Assembly (NCBI GenBank): GCA_025201805.1
Contig: MU619239.1
Span: 91,362-155,361 of the forward strand
Direction of reading: 5' to 3'
DNA length: 64,000 nucleotides
DNA from: Parasitella parasitica NRRL 2501
Lineage: Eukaryota > Fungi > Mucoromycota
Shown piece by piece: positions 1-16,433 of this stretch (the first letter of the stretch is position 1; each line of letters begins with the position of its first letter). Position numbers and translations under genes: made by a program. The notes below the pieces were generated by a model, which saw only the letters and a program-made list of their open reading frames with translations, was not told the origin of the DNA and searched no databases.

Positions 1-438
1 GGCGGGCGATTGTTGAAATAAGAGATTGAAAATCATTCCTGCAGGTGAAACGGTGGTTGTTGGCGCTGGAACTGCCAAATTTACAATATCTGTTGCTGGA
101 ATTTCGTCATCTGTCGCAGCAATGCCTCTATTTTCTTTGGATTTCTTGGCTAATATCTTGAAATCGTTGCCTCCATAGCCATCTTCCTCGACAACTGCAG
201 ATGCAGGCACTCTACTAGTCACATTTCTGCCATCAAACACAGTGGTAATCGAATGTGCATCATTCCCTACCCCGGGAGATCCGTTATTCCCTGCATTCTC
301 AAAAATGCTCGGGTCAATCAGCTGTCTAAACATGGACGAGAGAGCACCTTGCATTATAGAGTTCATGGCATTCTCAATTACTTCTAAATCGGAATCAAAT
401 TGGCCATTGTTATTGTTGTTTGGAGGCTGCTTTGACAT
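1..438 (-). CDS. Hypothetical protein, 5' part (runs off the left edge)
   Basis: ATG at 438 followed by 146 uninterrupted codons to the window edge (MSKQPPNNNNNGQFDSDLEVIENAMNSIMQGALSSMFRQL...). No family recognised. Confidence 0.7.
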   Translation of the reverse strand, partial: MSKQPPNNNNNGQFDSDLEVIENAMNSIMQGALSSMFRQLIDPSIFENAGNNGSPGVGNDAHSITTVFDGRNVTSRVPASAVVEEDGYGGNDFKILAKKSKENRGIAATDDEIPATDIVNLAVPAPTTTVSPAGMIFNLLFQQSPA

Positions 439-1077
439 GATATTGTAAAGTTTTTAATTTGAATATTAAAAGAAATCAATTGAAATTTGCATTGTTGGGA
501 CCGCAATGCCTTGCCAAAAGGAAAAAAAAAAGAGAAAAAACAAATTAGTCAATCAAAATTTGCAAAAAGGCTCGACACACACACACCCAATTTGCCATAA
601 TTTATAACCAGAAACAAGGACCTGAACAGGTTTAAAATGATAAAGAGTTAGACAGGATTTCAGTATTGAGTGTTACGATTTTATCTACCTGATAGCTATT
701 GAATGATTTTGTTTGTTCAAAAATACTACTTTTTGACAGAGAAATTCAAACTTACACCGATATTTTTGATGACCTCCCGGTTATCCTCTGCGTGTAGGCG
801 TAGTATATCCCCTTACAGTATTTGATTGCTCAAGTATATCCATTACTATTCAATACAGCTTTAAATCAAAATTTTAGTAGCTATTACTGTATAGTATACT
901 ACCACACTGTCATAAAATAGACAGTTCAGAATAAATTTTTTTATTGCCCTGGTGGCATGATCAACGGTTCATCAAGGTAGTTGCCTCTCGGAAACAGTAT
1001 CGGTTAAAACATAATAAAACTTTTCATCAAGTATAAAAGGAACAAAGTATTTGTTTATCGTTCATATTAACCTCACA

Positions 1078-2759
1078 ATGAAATCACAGATTATTTTATT
1101 GCTTTCTTCTTTGGTTGTTTCGGCATTAGGCACTATAATACCTTCTCAAGTCGATTTAGATCCCAAAATCATCCACATATCCTCAACAGCAGGCGGTATC
1201 AGCCATATCGCTTGGACACTGGAAATCGGAAAAGTACTTGCTGAACGTGGCCACAATGTCACTTTTTTGACAATAGACCCGTTCGTCAGATTTGGCACTC
1301 CTTACGAGCCTCACATAAAAACAATATCCATTGGACCACATATATCAAATGTTCAATTTCGTGATTTATTTGATACAGAAGACGCATTTTCAACCAAGGT
1401 GACCAGCGCATATAAACAGGTGATCGAGGATACATATAAACGAGACTATTTTGCATACAAGGACATATTTTCGTCTTCTAATACATCAATTGTGATCTGC
1501 GACCAACTTTCTTTGCCTTGTTTTGATGCTGCCAAAGAACTGAATATTCCAATGATTATTCATATGACCATGAGTTTATCGAGAGGTAGTGTACATATGT
1601 AAATAATTTGTATAAATCAGCTTTTAAAACAAACATTCGTTTAGATGCAAGAGCACCTTTCATCACCTTTTATCATTTGACAGATGAACCGACAACATTA
1701 CATCAATCCTTTTGCCAGAGGTTTTATGAACGTTATATCCTTTTGCCTAAATTTATTTACCGGTACTTTCCTGTGGCCATGGCAATCAAAAAGGCTCGCC
1801 AGGAAATTAATGTTGAAGGCTTCGATCCTTTGGCAAGGGACAGTAACGTCATAAAAATGGTCAACAGCTTCTGGGGATTGGAAAGTCCTCGCCCTGTAGG
1901 TCCACTAGTCGAATACGTGGGACCTGTTATCGGTACATCTTACGATTCTCTCCCATCACATTTGACGAACTTTATGCAACAGCATCAGCGAGTAATTTAT
2001 ATCGCCTTTGGCCAAATGTACACACCCAATTATCAAGAGTTCAATGTGCTTTTAACCAGTCTTTTAGAAACGTACGAGAATGGCTATTACGATGGATTCA
2101 TCTGGTCGCTTTCGGAGAATTCCCGTCGAGGGTTACCCGAACAAATCAAAACTAATTCTGGGAAAGTATACTTTATACAAGAGTTACTCCAAGGCAATTA
2201 CGCCGATCTCCGTTTTGAGTTGTGGTCACCGCAATTTGCTATTCTCGATCACGATCATTGCAAGCTGTTTATCAGTCATGGAGGAGCAAGCTCGATCCAC
2301 GAGTCCTTATATAATGGAGTTCCCTTGCTGCTTCATCCTTTCACCAGCGATCAACCTGCTAATGCACACAACATTGCCAATGCAGGTGTAGCCTTAGTTT
2401 TAGACAGGAAAGCGCATAACGTGACAGACACGTTTGAAAAGTTACGAGCAATACTGCTAGATAAAGATGATTATTTTGCTTCAAATATGGAAGGGATGCA
2501 AAAATTAGTACAACTCAAGAGCAAAAGAAAGCATTATGCTGCCGATATCATCGAGGAGGTCATGTACACTGTTCGAAATCGAAGCGATATTTGGCATCGA
2601 CGTGAGGCGATGGAGAAAATGTCTTGGTTCAAGGCAACAAACTGGGATATAGATTTAGCTGCTATAGTCGCTGCACTGGTAGTAGCCATCTCTGTTTACA
2701 AGGCAATATTGCGATTGTTGAGCAAAGCATTGGTATCACAAAAGTTGAAAATTGATTAA
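1078..2759 (+). CDS. UDP-glycosyltransferase (GT1, UDPGT-like) with signal peptide and C-terminal TM
   Basis: Two exons, intron 1586-1644. Hydrophobic N-terminus, GGISH catalytic His, UGT signature WSPQFAILDH...FISHGGASSIHESLYNGVP...PFTSDQ, C-terminal TM and KLKID tail. Confidence 0.92.
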
Positions 2760-2827
2760 TAAAAACTGCAATTCAAAACTAGGAAAGAACTTTCTTTTTT
2801 GCCCTATTAAATATATCCGTAGTATCC

Positions 2828-3742
2828 ATGGATAATAATAGCAAAGAAACTGTATTCATTACTGGTGCTACTCTTGGCTTAGGCCGACTCACTGCAAAGA
2901 AACTTATCAATCTAGGCCATAAAGTTATCATATCAGGACGTTCTGAGAAGAAAATAAATGATGCCTATAGCTTTATTCTTGCAGATGCGCCTCAAAATAA
3001 GGAAAATCTGTACAGCGTGGTTTTAGATCTTATCGACCTCAAGTCTGTAAAGGCTGCAATAGAGAAGGTTGAATCTCTTGGGTTTGCTATTGACGTCTTG
3101 GTAAATAATGCAGGTGGTACTCGTACAGAGTTCAAACAAACAAATGAAGGCATCGAGGATACTATTTTCATGAATGCAGTGGGTCCCTTATATTTGACTA
3201 AGCTTATGATTCCTTTGATTGAGCAGAGCCAGCATCCCAACAAGCGTATTTTGTTTGTGGGGTCTTCTATCCATGACCCTAATTCCAAAGGTGGGGGAAA
3301 CAATCAAGCCACTAAAATCCCTCATGATGTCGACATCCAAACCGTTATCAAGGACAAAAATCACTGGGATTCAATGAAATATTACAAACTATCGAAATTA
3401 GCATCTTTATGGGACGCTTATCTTATCACAGACAGATACCCTCATCTTACCACCATCGTATTTTGTCCTGGATTTGTACCTACCACTGATCTCATTCGAA
3501 ACTCTAGCTATATGGTCAGACTTGCACTCAAGTATGCAATATCGAAGCTAAATTTCACAACCAGTGAAGACGATTCTACTGATGATTATATCTTTTACAT
3601 CACTACACCTGGCACCAACCTCAAATCAGGGGGATACTACGAAAAGAAACAAGAATCCAAGCCCTCAGACGATGCATTGAACAAGGCAAAGCAGCAGGAA
3701 TTCTGGAATCTTGCAATGAAATCCATTGACCAACAAACTTAA
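2828..3742 (+). CDS. Short-chain dehydrogenase/reductase (retinol-DH/WWOX-like), intronless
   Basis: TGATLGLG Rossmann motif, DVLVNNAG, YKLSK (YxxxK), PGFVPT. Confidence 0.92.
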   Translation: MDNNSKETVFITGATLGLGRLTAKKLINLGHKVIISGRSEKKINDAYSFILADAPQNKENLYSVVLDLIDLKSVKAAIEKVESLGFAIDVLVNNAGGTRTEFKQTNEGIEDTIFMNAVGPLYLTKLMIPLIEQSQHPNKRILFVGSSIHDPNSKGGGNNQATKIPHDVDIQTVIKDKNHWDSMKYYKLSKLASLWDAYLITDRYPHLTTIVFCPGFVPTTDLIRNSSYMVRLALKYAISKLNFTTSEDDSTDDYIFYITTPGTNLKSGGYYEKKQESKPSDDALNKAKQQEFWNLAMKSIDQQT

Positions 3743-3885
3743 TATATTTCAATCCTTATTTATTTAACAATAAAATATGAGAAATACGGAAAAAATGTAT
3801 CGTTGAAACCAAAATACAAGAAATTCTACCGGAGAGATTAGTACAGCTATCTCTCAAAAAACCATCCAAATCATCAATAAACTTA

Positions 3886-4551
3886 CTACTTCTTCTTGGA
3901 GACACCAACGGTACGTCCACGACGACCAGTGGTCTTGGTGTGTTGACCACGAACACGGATACCCCAGTAGTGACGGAGACCACGATGGTTACGGATCTTC
4001 TTCAAACGCTCAAGATCATCACGGAACTTGGTATCAAGAACGTTAGAGATGACTTGGGAAGACTTGCCATCAACAATATCCTTTTGTCTGTTAAGGAACC
4101 AAGTAGGGATCTTGTATTGAGCAGGGTTTTGGAGAATAGTGACAATACGTTCCAATTCCTCAGAAGAAAGCTCACCGGCTCTCTTGGTGAGATCGATATC
4201 GGCCTTCTTGCAAGCAATGTTAGCGAAACGACGACCAACACCCTTAACAGAGGTCAAAGCAATTTGAATCTTGACACGACCGTCAACGTTAGTGTTGAGA
4301 AGACGAATAATGTGTTGGAACTACATAAAAAATATTAGTCAGTCTTACTATCAAATTTTAGCTGTTTACTAGTAATCATACATGGTTTCTTTCGGGAACG
4401 ACGAGAGACTATATTAATAGAATTTTAGTAAATCTGATTCATCCACAAATATCCATATCAAATCATCCATCTATATCTGGTTTTCATTATCCATTATCCA
4501 TTATCCATCATCCATTATCCCCTCTTTTCCCTTCGCCTCCCAACATACCAT
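3886..4551 (-). CDS. RPS18: 40S ribosomal protein S18 (uS13)
   Basis: Exons 4549-4551 (ATG only), 4382-4408 and 3886-4320. Sequence [14 protein letters not shown]...[24 protein letters not shown]. Confidence 0.98.
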
Positions 4552-4791
4552 GGCTATGATGATTGCAACGAAAAAGAAGGACCTTTACCTATGCAAGTAA
4601 CTAGACCTTATTGCACTGAATCACTCATGAAAAAACTGAGATTAAATCGTTTGTCTGTTTGAGTCGGTCCGCACTGGTTGTAAGCCGGAGAGATGTTTGT
4701 GGCAAGGAACCAGGGTTCAATGAGAGATGTATCTATTCTAGTGGCTTCGACCCCCCCTCTTTTCTTTTTGCTATTCTATCTACCCAAAAAC

Positions 4792-5226
4792 ATGCTTACA
4801 AAAGAGTTGGTGGCTCGCTTTTTAACAACTGCTCGTAACAGAGTCAATACAAATGTCTGGAAACGATACGCTTCTACTACCACTCCCACCACATCAATCA
4901 TCAATACCATTCCTTTATTTGACAGGGCTCTTTTGCACAATTGTAAATACACAGAAAACTGCCTATTGGTATCTATTAACACGTCTATATTAGCCAAGAA
5001 CACAATGTCTGTAGCAAGTGTATCTGATCATGTGTCTCGCATTCGCCCTTTCTCTATCCCTGCTCCTCCACAACCATCCATCACCCAGCCAACAAGTAGC
5101 AATAAAGTCGTCGAAGAGCTCGAATTAACCAGTGTGCTTCGAAAGCGTCGCTTGAAAATGAACAAGCATAAGCACAAGAAGTTAAGAAAGAGAACCCGTG
5201 CCTTGAGAAAGAAGTTGGGTAAATAG
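4792..5226 (+). CDS. COX24: Mitochondrial small-subunit protein mS38 / COX24-like (DUF1713)
   Basis: Arg-rich presequence-like N-terminus and C-terminal TSVLRKRRLKMNKHKHKKLRKRTRALR. Probable 51-nt intron 4943-4993. Confidence 0.85.
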   Translation: MLTKELVARFLTTARNRVNTNVWKRYASTTTPTTSIINTIPLFDRALLHNCKYTENCLLVSINTSILAKNTMSVASVSDHVSRIRPFSIPAPPQPSITQPTSSNKVVEELELTSVLRKRRLKMNKHKHKKLRKRTRALRKKLGK

Positions 5227-5348
5227 ACAATAATATATACAACACTAGAAAAATGTACCATATTTTTACTTGCAAAAACATGCAATATGCTTCAAGAAAA
5301 TTACTTTTTTTTTTATATATATATTATCATTATTATTGTTATTAAAAA

Positions 5349-7246
<1,898 letters not shown>

Positions 7247-8281
7247 TTATGTTTACTTTTTGAAGCAAATCAACGAGCATGATGGATCAGAAGCAGCCTA
7301 TTTATAAGACTTTAGAAGCAGTGCAAGGGATAAGGAGAAACTTGTTATCTAGTCATGATTTTCCCTTTTCCTCTTTTCGTTTATCATCGGTCATGAAAAA
7401 AACATCATTTGTCAAAGAAATAACTCCTTGCTTTTTCGTTCGAGTACAATACACCATTTTCTGCAAAGTTGTGTTGTGAACAGAATACATGTTTTTAATG
7501 CATAATCTAATGCTGCCTTTAGCGGATTACATGTTGTATTATAAAACATTAAATGTTATTACAAACATCTGGCTTCTTCTTGTATCTGCTGCTCCTCCTC
7601 GTTGCGGATTTGCTCCTTGATTTTTCATGTACTTTTATTCATTGCCCCTCATTTTTTATCATATCTAATTGGTCTCTGGTGAGGATATGAGGGGCGCGTA
7701 TTCATGTACAATGTAATTCATTAAAAAGGCATACATACATTTATACATATGATCCATGTCAGTTTGATGCACTCAAAAGACGGACTGTCGTCATAGAAAC
7801 CACACCAAAGATACAATTTTGCTCTATACTCATCATAACTACAATGATACCATCTGGCCGTGCGGTAATGGCCTACCAAATGTATGTAACCTCTCTCTCT
7901 CTCTTTCTCTCCTTTATTTTCTCTGTCCTTCTATCTGCAATGCACAGTCATTGATCATTCTGTTACTTGGAGGAAGCATGATGACTGTTTCGTTTATAAC
8001 ATTGCGTTGTTCCAATGTCATTTATTGCCTTTTGGTGCATATAGAGTCATGAATATAAAGGAGCGCTGATCATTCGCCGTGAACTACTAACAGTTATCCT
8101 TTCGTTCAATTCCGTTCTGACCTACCTGTTGAGAAAGAAAAAGAAGGAAAAACGAAGATGTCAAAATAATACTGTCTGCAATATCTGATTTTATTGGATT
8201 CGTAAGTGTGCAATCCATACGATTATAAAAAAAAAGGTCTATAAAATCTGGATGGTTGATATCATGGTGTATATGTACAAT

Positions 8282-8507
8282 TTATTTCTTCATTTTTGTT
8301 TCTGTGAACAAGACATGTTGTTTGACTAGATGGTATGTTAGTTTTTTTCTTTCTATCAATGACAAGATTTATATTACCTTGAGGATCATATTTCATCAAA
8401 GAGAGCTTGGGCGAAATTCTAGGACGACTCTTGATATAATTGTAGCCTGTACCAGCTGAAGATAATAACTTGACGAGGATAACTCTTGCCTTTGCTTTCT
8501 TGGCCAT
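8282..8507 (-). CDS. MRPL39: Mitochondrial ribosomal protein bL33m
   Basis: MAKKAKARVILVKLLSSAGTGY...KYDPQ|VKQHVLFTETK; intron 8326-8377. Confidence 0.92.
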
Positions 8508-9199
8508 TTTGGACTGATTCTACTGAAAGATATGGAAAGGGAAGGGGTACCAGTACTCCGGGGTACCATTTCTTGGAAGAAAAGTGAAGTTCAATAGTCA
8601 CATGGCTGCCTATTTTGAGTGTATTTTTATGGACAGGGCTGGGAAATCTCAAACTGCAGATGGATGGATGGAGCTCTTTTACAGCTTCTACTATGGTAGT
8701 AGATCAAGTGGGCATTCTTTGTGAGCCAACGATGAATACAATGATGGGTCAATGAGCGTTTGAACCTGTGCATTGGATGACTAAATCACACATGAAACTG
8801 ACTTTTTCGAACTGAATACATCAGACATTCTTACTCGGTTATCTTCTCCATTGTAGCAAATTGGTTTAACAACATATTTTATTTTGATACAGAGGCGTGA
8901 TGTTCGAAGTTACTGATCAGTGATGCTTATTTGATAATTCACAGCTCTATTACTTTGACGTTAGAGTGGCAGGTTTATATTCAAAAATGCCTAGCTGACA
9001 TGTGAGACCAAAAATATGAGCAATCAACACTGAAAACTAATGTTTGTTTCAAGGAAATGAGAAAAAATTCCAAGTTATTGAGAAAAAAAGAATGATCGGT
9101 TTGAAAGATTATAAATAATAAATGAGAAAAGTTGATAATGAATGGAGACAATGATATAATTGAACGTTAGCATTAGTGCTAAAACCCCTCTTTTTCAAG

Positions 9200-10480
9200 T
9201 GTTCTTATGCGGACTAACCGTCGCGAGTTTTTAGTATTCGAGACGTTCATTACCATGAATTCCTATCATTGCCAAAGCGTGAATGTTGCATGAAGCGTTC
9301 ACATCTCGTTGCCATGTATGTCCACAGTTTTTATAGACTAGGACGGAATGCAAGGTAGATGCTTTCTCCGTTTATTTCTGAAATACAGTATCACTAAAAA
9401 TGAATTTCTACCGTAAATGTTGCAAAAAATGAAGCTTACCTTTTAGTTGCTGACGACTCAATTGATGTTTCTGCAATCGGTGGCGTTCTTATTTTTTGCT
9501 TTCTCTCGAGCGAAACATCTGGTTTGGTACGAGCCCCCACAACATTTTTACTGACTTGAAAATAGACATCAGAATTGCAGTTCTTTTCATAGGTCAAGTA
9601 AGTATTTATGAGCTCATCATGTACCTTTTGACAACCAATGTATTTGAGGAACTTTAACCTTCAACCGATCAAGTACTACACTCACAATATACTGATTGAC
9701 CTTATTCACGTCGATGTTTTTGGCGATGATATTTCTGATTCGAGAACTTCAATTCCCTGATCCTTCTTAAACTGGCATATCCTGGCATTGGTCTTCTTGA
9801 ATTCTGCTTTTACATAATACTCTGTTGATAAGAATTGCAGCGCCTGATGACGAGTGTTAGCAGACACCTCCGAACTAGAGTATACAGTACTGTCACTACC
9901 ACCAACAGCCATAAAGACCTCTATTACACCAGGTCGACTCCCCATACTTTACAGCGATTCAAATTTTCTGGTCTAAGGTCTTGTAGCGTTAATGCAGGAA
10001 GAGAATCAGTCGAAACATTTTTAAGACATATAAACGAGGATGCAAAGCCATCAGACATAAAGTTGTTTTAGAATACCCCGTACCTATAATGATAAAACTG
10101 GAACATCAGTTCTAAATCATTATACAAATAGATAAATCATAAGTGTACTGTTTTCATTTTTGAAAAATCAAAGATATTGAATTCTATTGGGTGGGATAGG
10201 CGTGTTTGAGCAAGAATTTGAGAATAGCACATAACGAGTTTTGATCAATGCGAATGTACTTTCTAGTATATCCTAGACAAGGAACAATTGTAAATAGTCT
10301 CGTCTGATACCTCACGAGGAAAGTAAGTGGCTGAAAGCCACTATCTCTTAGCTCTTGATCCTCCATATTCCAATTAATTTTCCATGTTACCTAACATCTT
10401 GTATAATACAGTCAAAAATATACGAAAGAATTTCATTATAGTAGCGTTGGTAATGGAATATCTGTCTATAAAGTTATCAG
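9200..10480 (-). pseudogene. Decayed Fanzor1 (TnpB-like RuvC RNA-guided nuclease) remnant
   Basis: Ordered minus-strand motifs: RLFTIVPCLGYTRKYIRID; MSDGFASSF; RuvC-I WGVD[-1 frameshift]PG; STEYY; LKFLKYIGCQK; LHSVLVYKNCGHTWQRDVNASCNI (partial Zn ribbon plus RuvC-III). Contains stops and frameshifts, and RuvC-II is missing. Confidence 0.85.
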
Positions 10481-10756
10481 ATGATATCACAAAGTTGCGT
10501 ATCAAAATTGTATATAACCCATAGCAATATTGCTTAAAAAACAGTTGCTAGCGAGTTGCTATGCTCAATTTGGGTGTGTACATCATTGCAAGAAAAACTG
10601 AAAAGAAGAGGCACAGGTAGATGAATAAATAAAAACAGAGAAATATACGAAGAATAGAATGGTTGTATGTGTCATTCAGAGTGTTGTCAATTTTGATACA
10701 TATGAAGTCATTATTATTTTAATATAATACCAATAATACCGTTAGAAGGATTATCA

Positions 10757-11881
10757 CTAGATAGGTGCACCTTGGTAACCAGAAACCTTTGCTTTCAGCA
10801 AGTTTTCAGTAAACTCCCAAAGCTTCAAAGGAGCGTCTTCTGAGGCTGCAACACCTCGAGGCATAGCAGGATTAGCAAAAGGGACATAATATGCGCCCTT
10901 GATAGACTTTTTCTCGACATCAGGGCTCGTAGCAAGATACAGTTGAGTCAGAGCACCATCTTCGGGGGAGATCAAGAACAAATTTAAGAAAGCATTAATC
11001 ATAAAGGAGGTATGGCGGTAAAGATCCGTATTGACAGTCCCGGGATGATTAGCATTGACATATACCTGTATAATGTTTGTCAATAACTTATGATATATGT
11101 CAATATATGCCTTACATTTTGCACTTACATTTTCAACACCTTTAGCCTCGAGTCTTTTGTTTAATTCTCTGGTAAATAAAATGTTGCAAGCCTTGGATTT
11201 GCCATAGTGAATGTATTTGTTGTATGTGGAAGGGTCACTAATGGTCTCCAAGTTCAATGCCTTGAACGGCATTCTGTGGCCTATAGAACTGACGTTGATA
11301 ATACGACTAGGCGCTGATTTTTCCAAGACTGGCAACAATAGCATGGTTAAATAATAATGAGCGACATGGTTTGTAGCGAATTGCGTTTCAATGCCATCCT
11401 CAGATAATCCGAATGGGCACATCATGACACCTGCATTGTTCATCAAAATATGTAATTTACTATGACGAGCTAAGAATTGATCTGCAAATTCCTTTACGCT
11501 GGATAGTTTGAGCAAGTCCAAAGGAATGAACTCTACATTTTGGTTATCTGTCCGTGATTTAATTTCCTCGACGACCTGCATTGTCTTTTCTTTGTTACGA
11601 CAAGCAAGGATTCTGTGTATGTCATTACGCTATGTCAATATGGCGAAATTAATGCTCAACGATGTTATATATTTACACTGTAGCGCCTTTTTTAGCCATT
11701 TCCAAAGCAGAAACTTTGCCAATCTATGCAAGAGACAGATGAATTAGGCGACAACACGTATACGTAAAACGATATGACTTACACCTGTGTTGCTACCAGT
11801 GACAATGGCAATTTTTCCTTCTAAATTAGGAATCTGGTCAAATGCAAAGCTTTTCTTGGCAAAAACGTCAATTAAATCCAT
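10757..11881 (-). CDS. Short-chain dehydrogenase/reductase (RDH11-14/WWOX-like)
   Basis: IAIVTGSNTG|IG, LMNNAGVM, QFATNH, YGKSK, NHPGTVNT, GALTQLY; about 3 introns. Confidence 0.93.
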
Positions 11882-12156
11882 ATTGATAAAGGATAAACAG
11901 AAAATAAACAACAAAAAACGAAAAAGAAAAACGAAAAATCGACGAAAGGCAATTTAGCTATCGTGTTACAAATAAAATTGAGTTTTTCTTATTTTAAACG
12001 AAAGCGGTTAAAAGTCTCATTGTTCGGTAAACAAGTATGTTTTTATTCTAGAAGAGTAGTGAGTGGAAACATGTGTATTTGTGATATATAGGAATTAAAA
12101 AAAAACAGAGGTAAATTTTCTTTGTGTGATGTGTGTGTGTATGTAAATTATATAAT

Positions 12157-15622
<3,466 letters not shown>

Positions 15623-16259
15623 TTTTCTATTATATGTATTACAAATTGATGCAAAAGATAGAGAGAGAGAGTGCGTGTGTGTCTGATGAACAAAAAATTT
15701 GAAAAGAAAATGACCTTCTATTCTATATTTTTAGTTGTGCTCTCTGTTTCTTGAACGGCCTCTATAGGGAACCAGATAATGTAAAGAATAAAGGGATTAA
15801 AAACGAGTGCAGTGAAATTGGAAGTTGTCGAAAAAGGGAAAAACAAGCAATTGAATTGGCGCGTGTAGAGCTTCATTTATATAGGCTTGACCCAAAGAGC
15901 AACCGCCGATTCTGCTCATAATTTAGGGAAGTGCCCAATCAAGATGCGAAACGAATGTAGATCCTCCTTTCAAAATGTAACGTTATCCTATAAGGGCTTT
16001 TTATGATAGCGCGGAATCTTTGAGTTGGGTTCAATCTCAATAGAAAAGAGGTTTGGTGAGAACACCTGCAATCTTTTCAAGTGTTATTGTAAATAAGACT
16101 TGTCTCGTTGCCAAGCTGATATCCTCTTGTTAAACCTCAGACTTGATATAACTCTTTCAGCATGACATTCTCCATATACTGTTGTTATATTAAGCTGGGA
16201 AGGAGCTTTATTACGCATGGTTATAACGCTTTAAAGACAATAAGCTACCTGAGAAAGCG

Positions 16260-16261
<2 letters not shown>

Positions 16262-16356
<95 letters not shown>

Positions 16357-16369
16357 AAAAAAAAAAAAA
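16262..16369 (+). repeat. Poly(A)/poly(T) homopolymer of about 108 nt (single G at 16344)
   Basis: Read directly from the sequence. Confidence 0.9.
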
Positions 16370-16433
16370 GGATAGTATACAAATGAAAGACAAGCTATCG
16401 AGATAGATGGTTACAAACATAAAGTTCAACAAG

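Noticed and set aside
4943-4993. Stop-free 51-nt in-frame intron in mS38 as regulated intron retention
   Set aside because: Short 3n introns without stops occur by chance; no further evidence.
8530-8830. GGTACC hairpin, GGAAATCTC / ATGGAGCT motifs (RNase MRP-like) and a WSSF...CEPTMN peptide (Tc1-like)
   Set aside because: The MRP-like motifs are only about 20 nt apart, far too close for CR-I and CR-V. The peptide resemblance is too short to support a transposase call.
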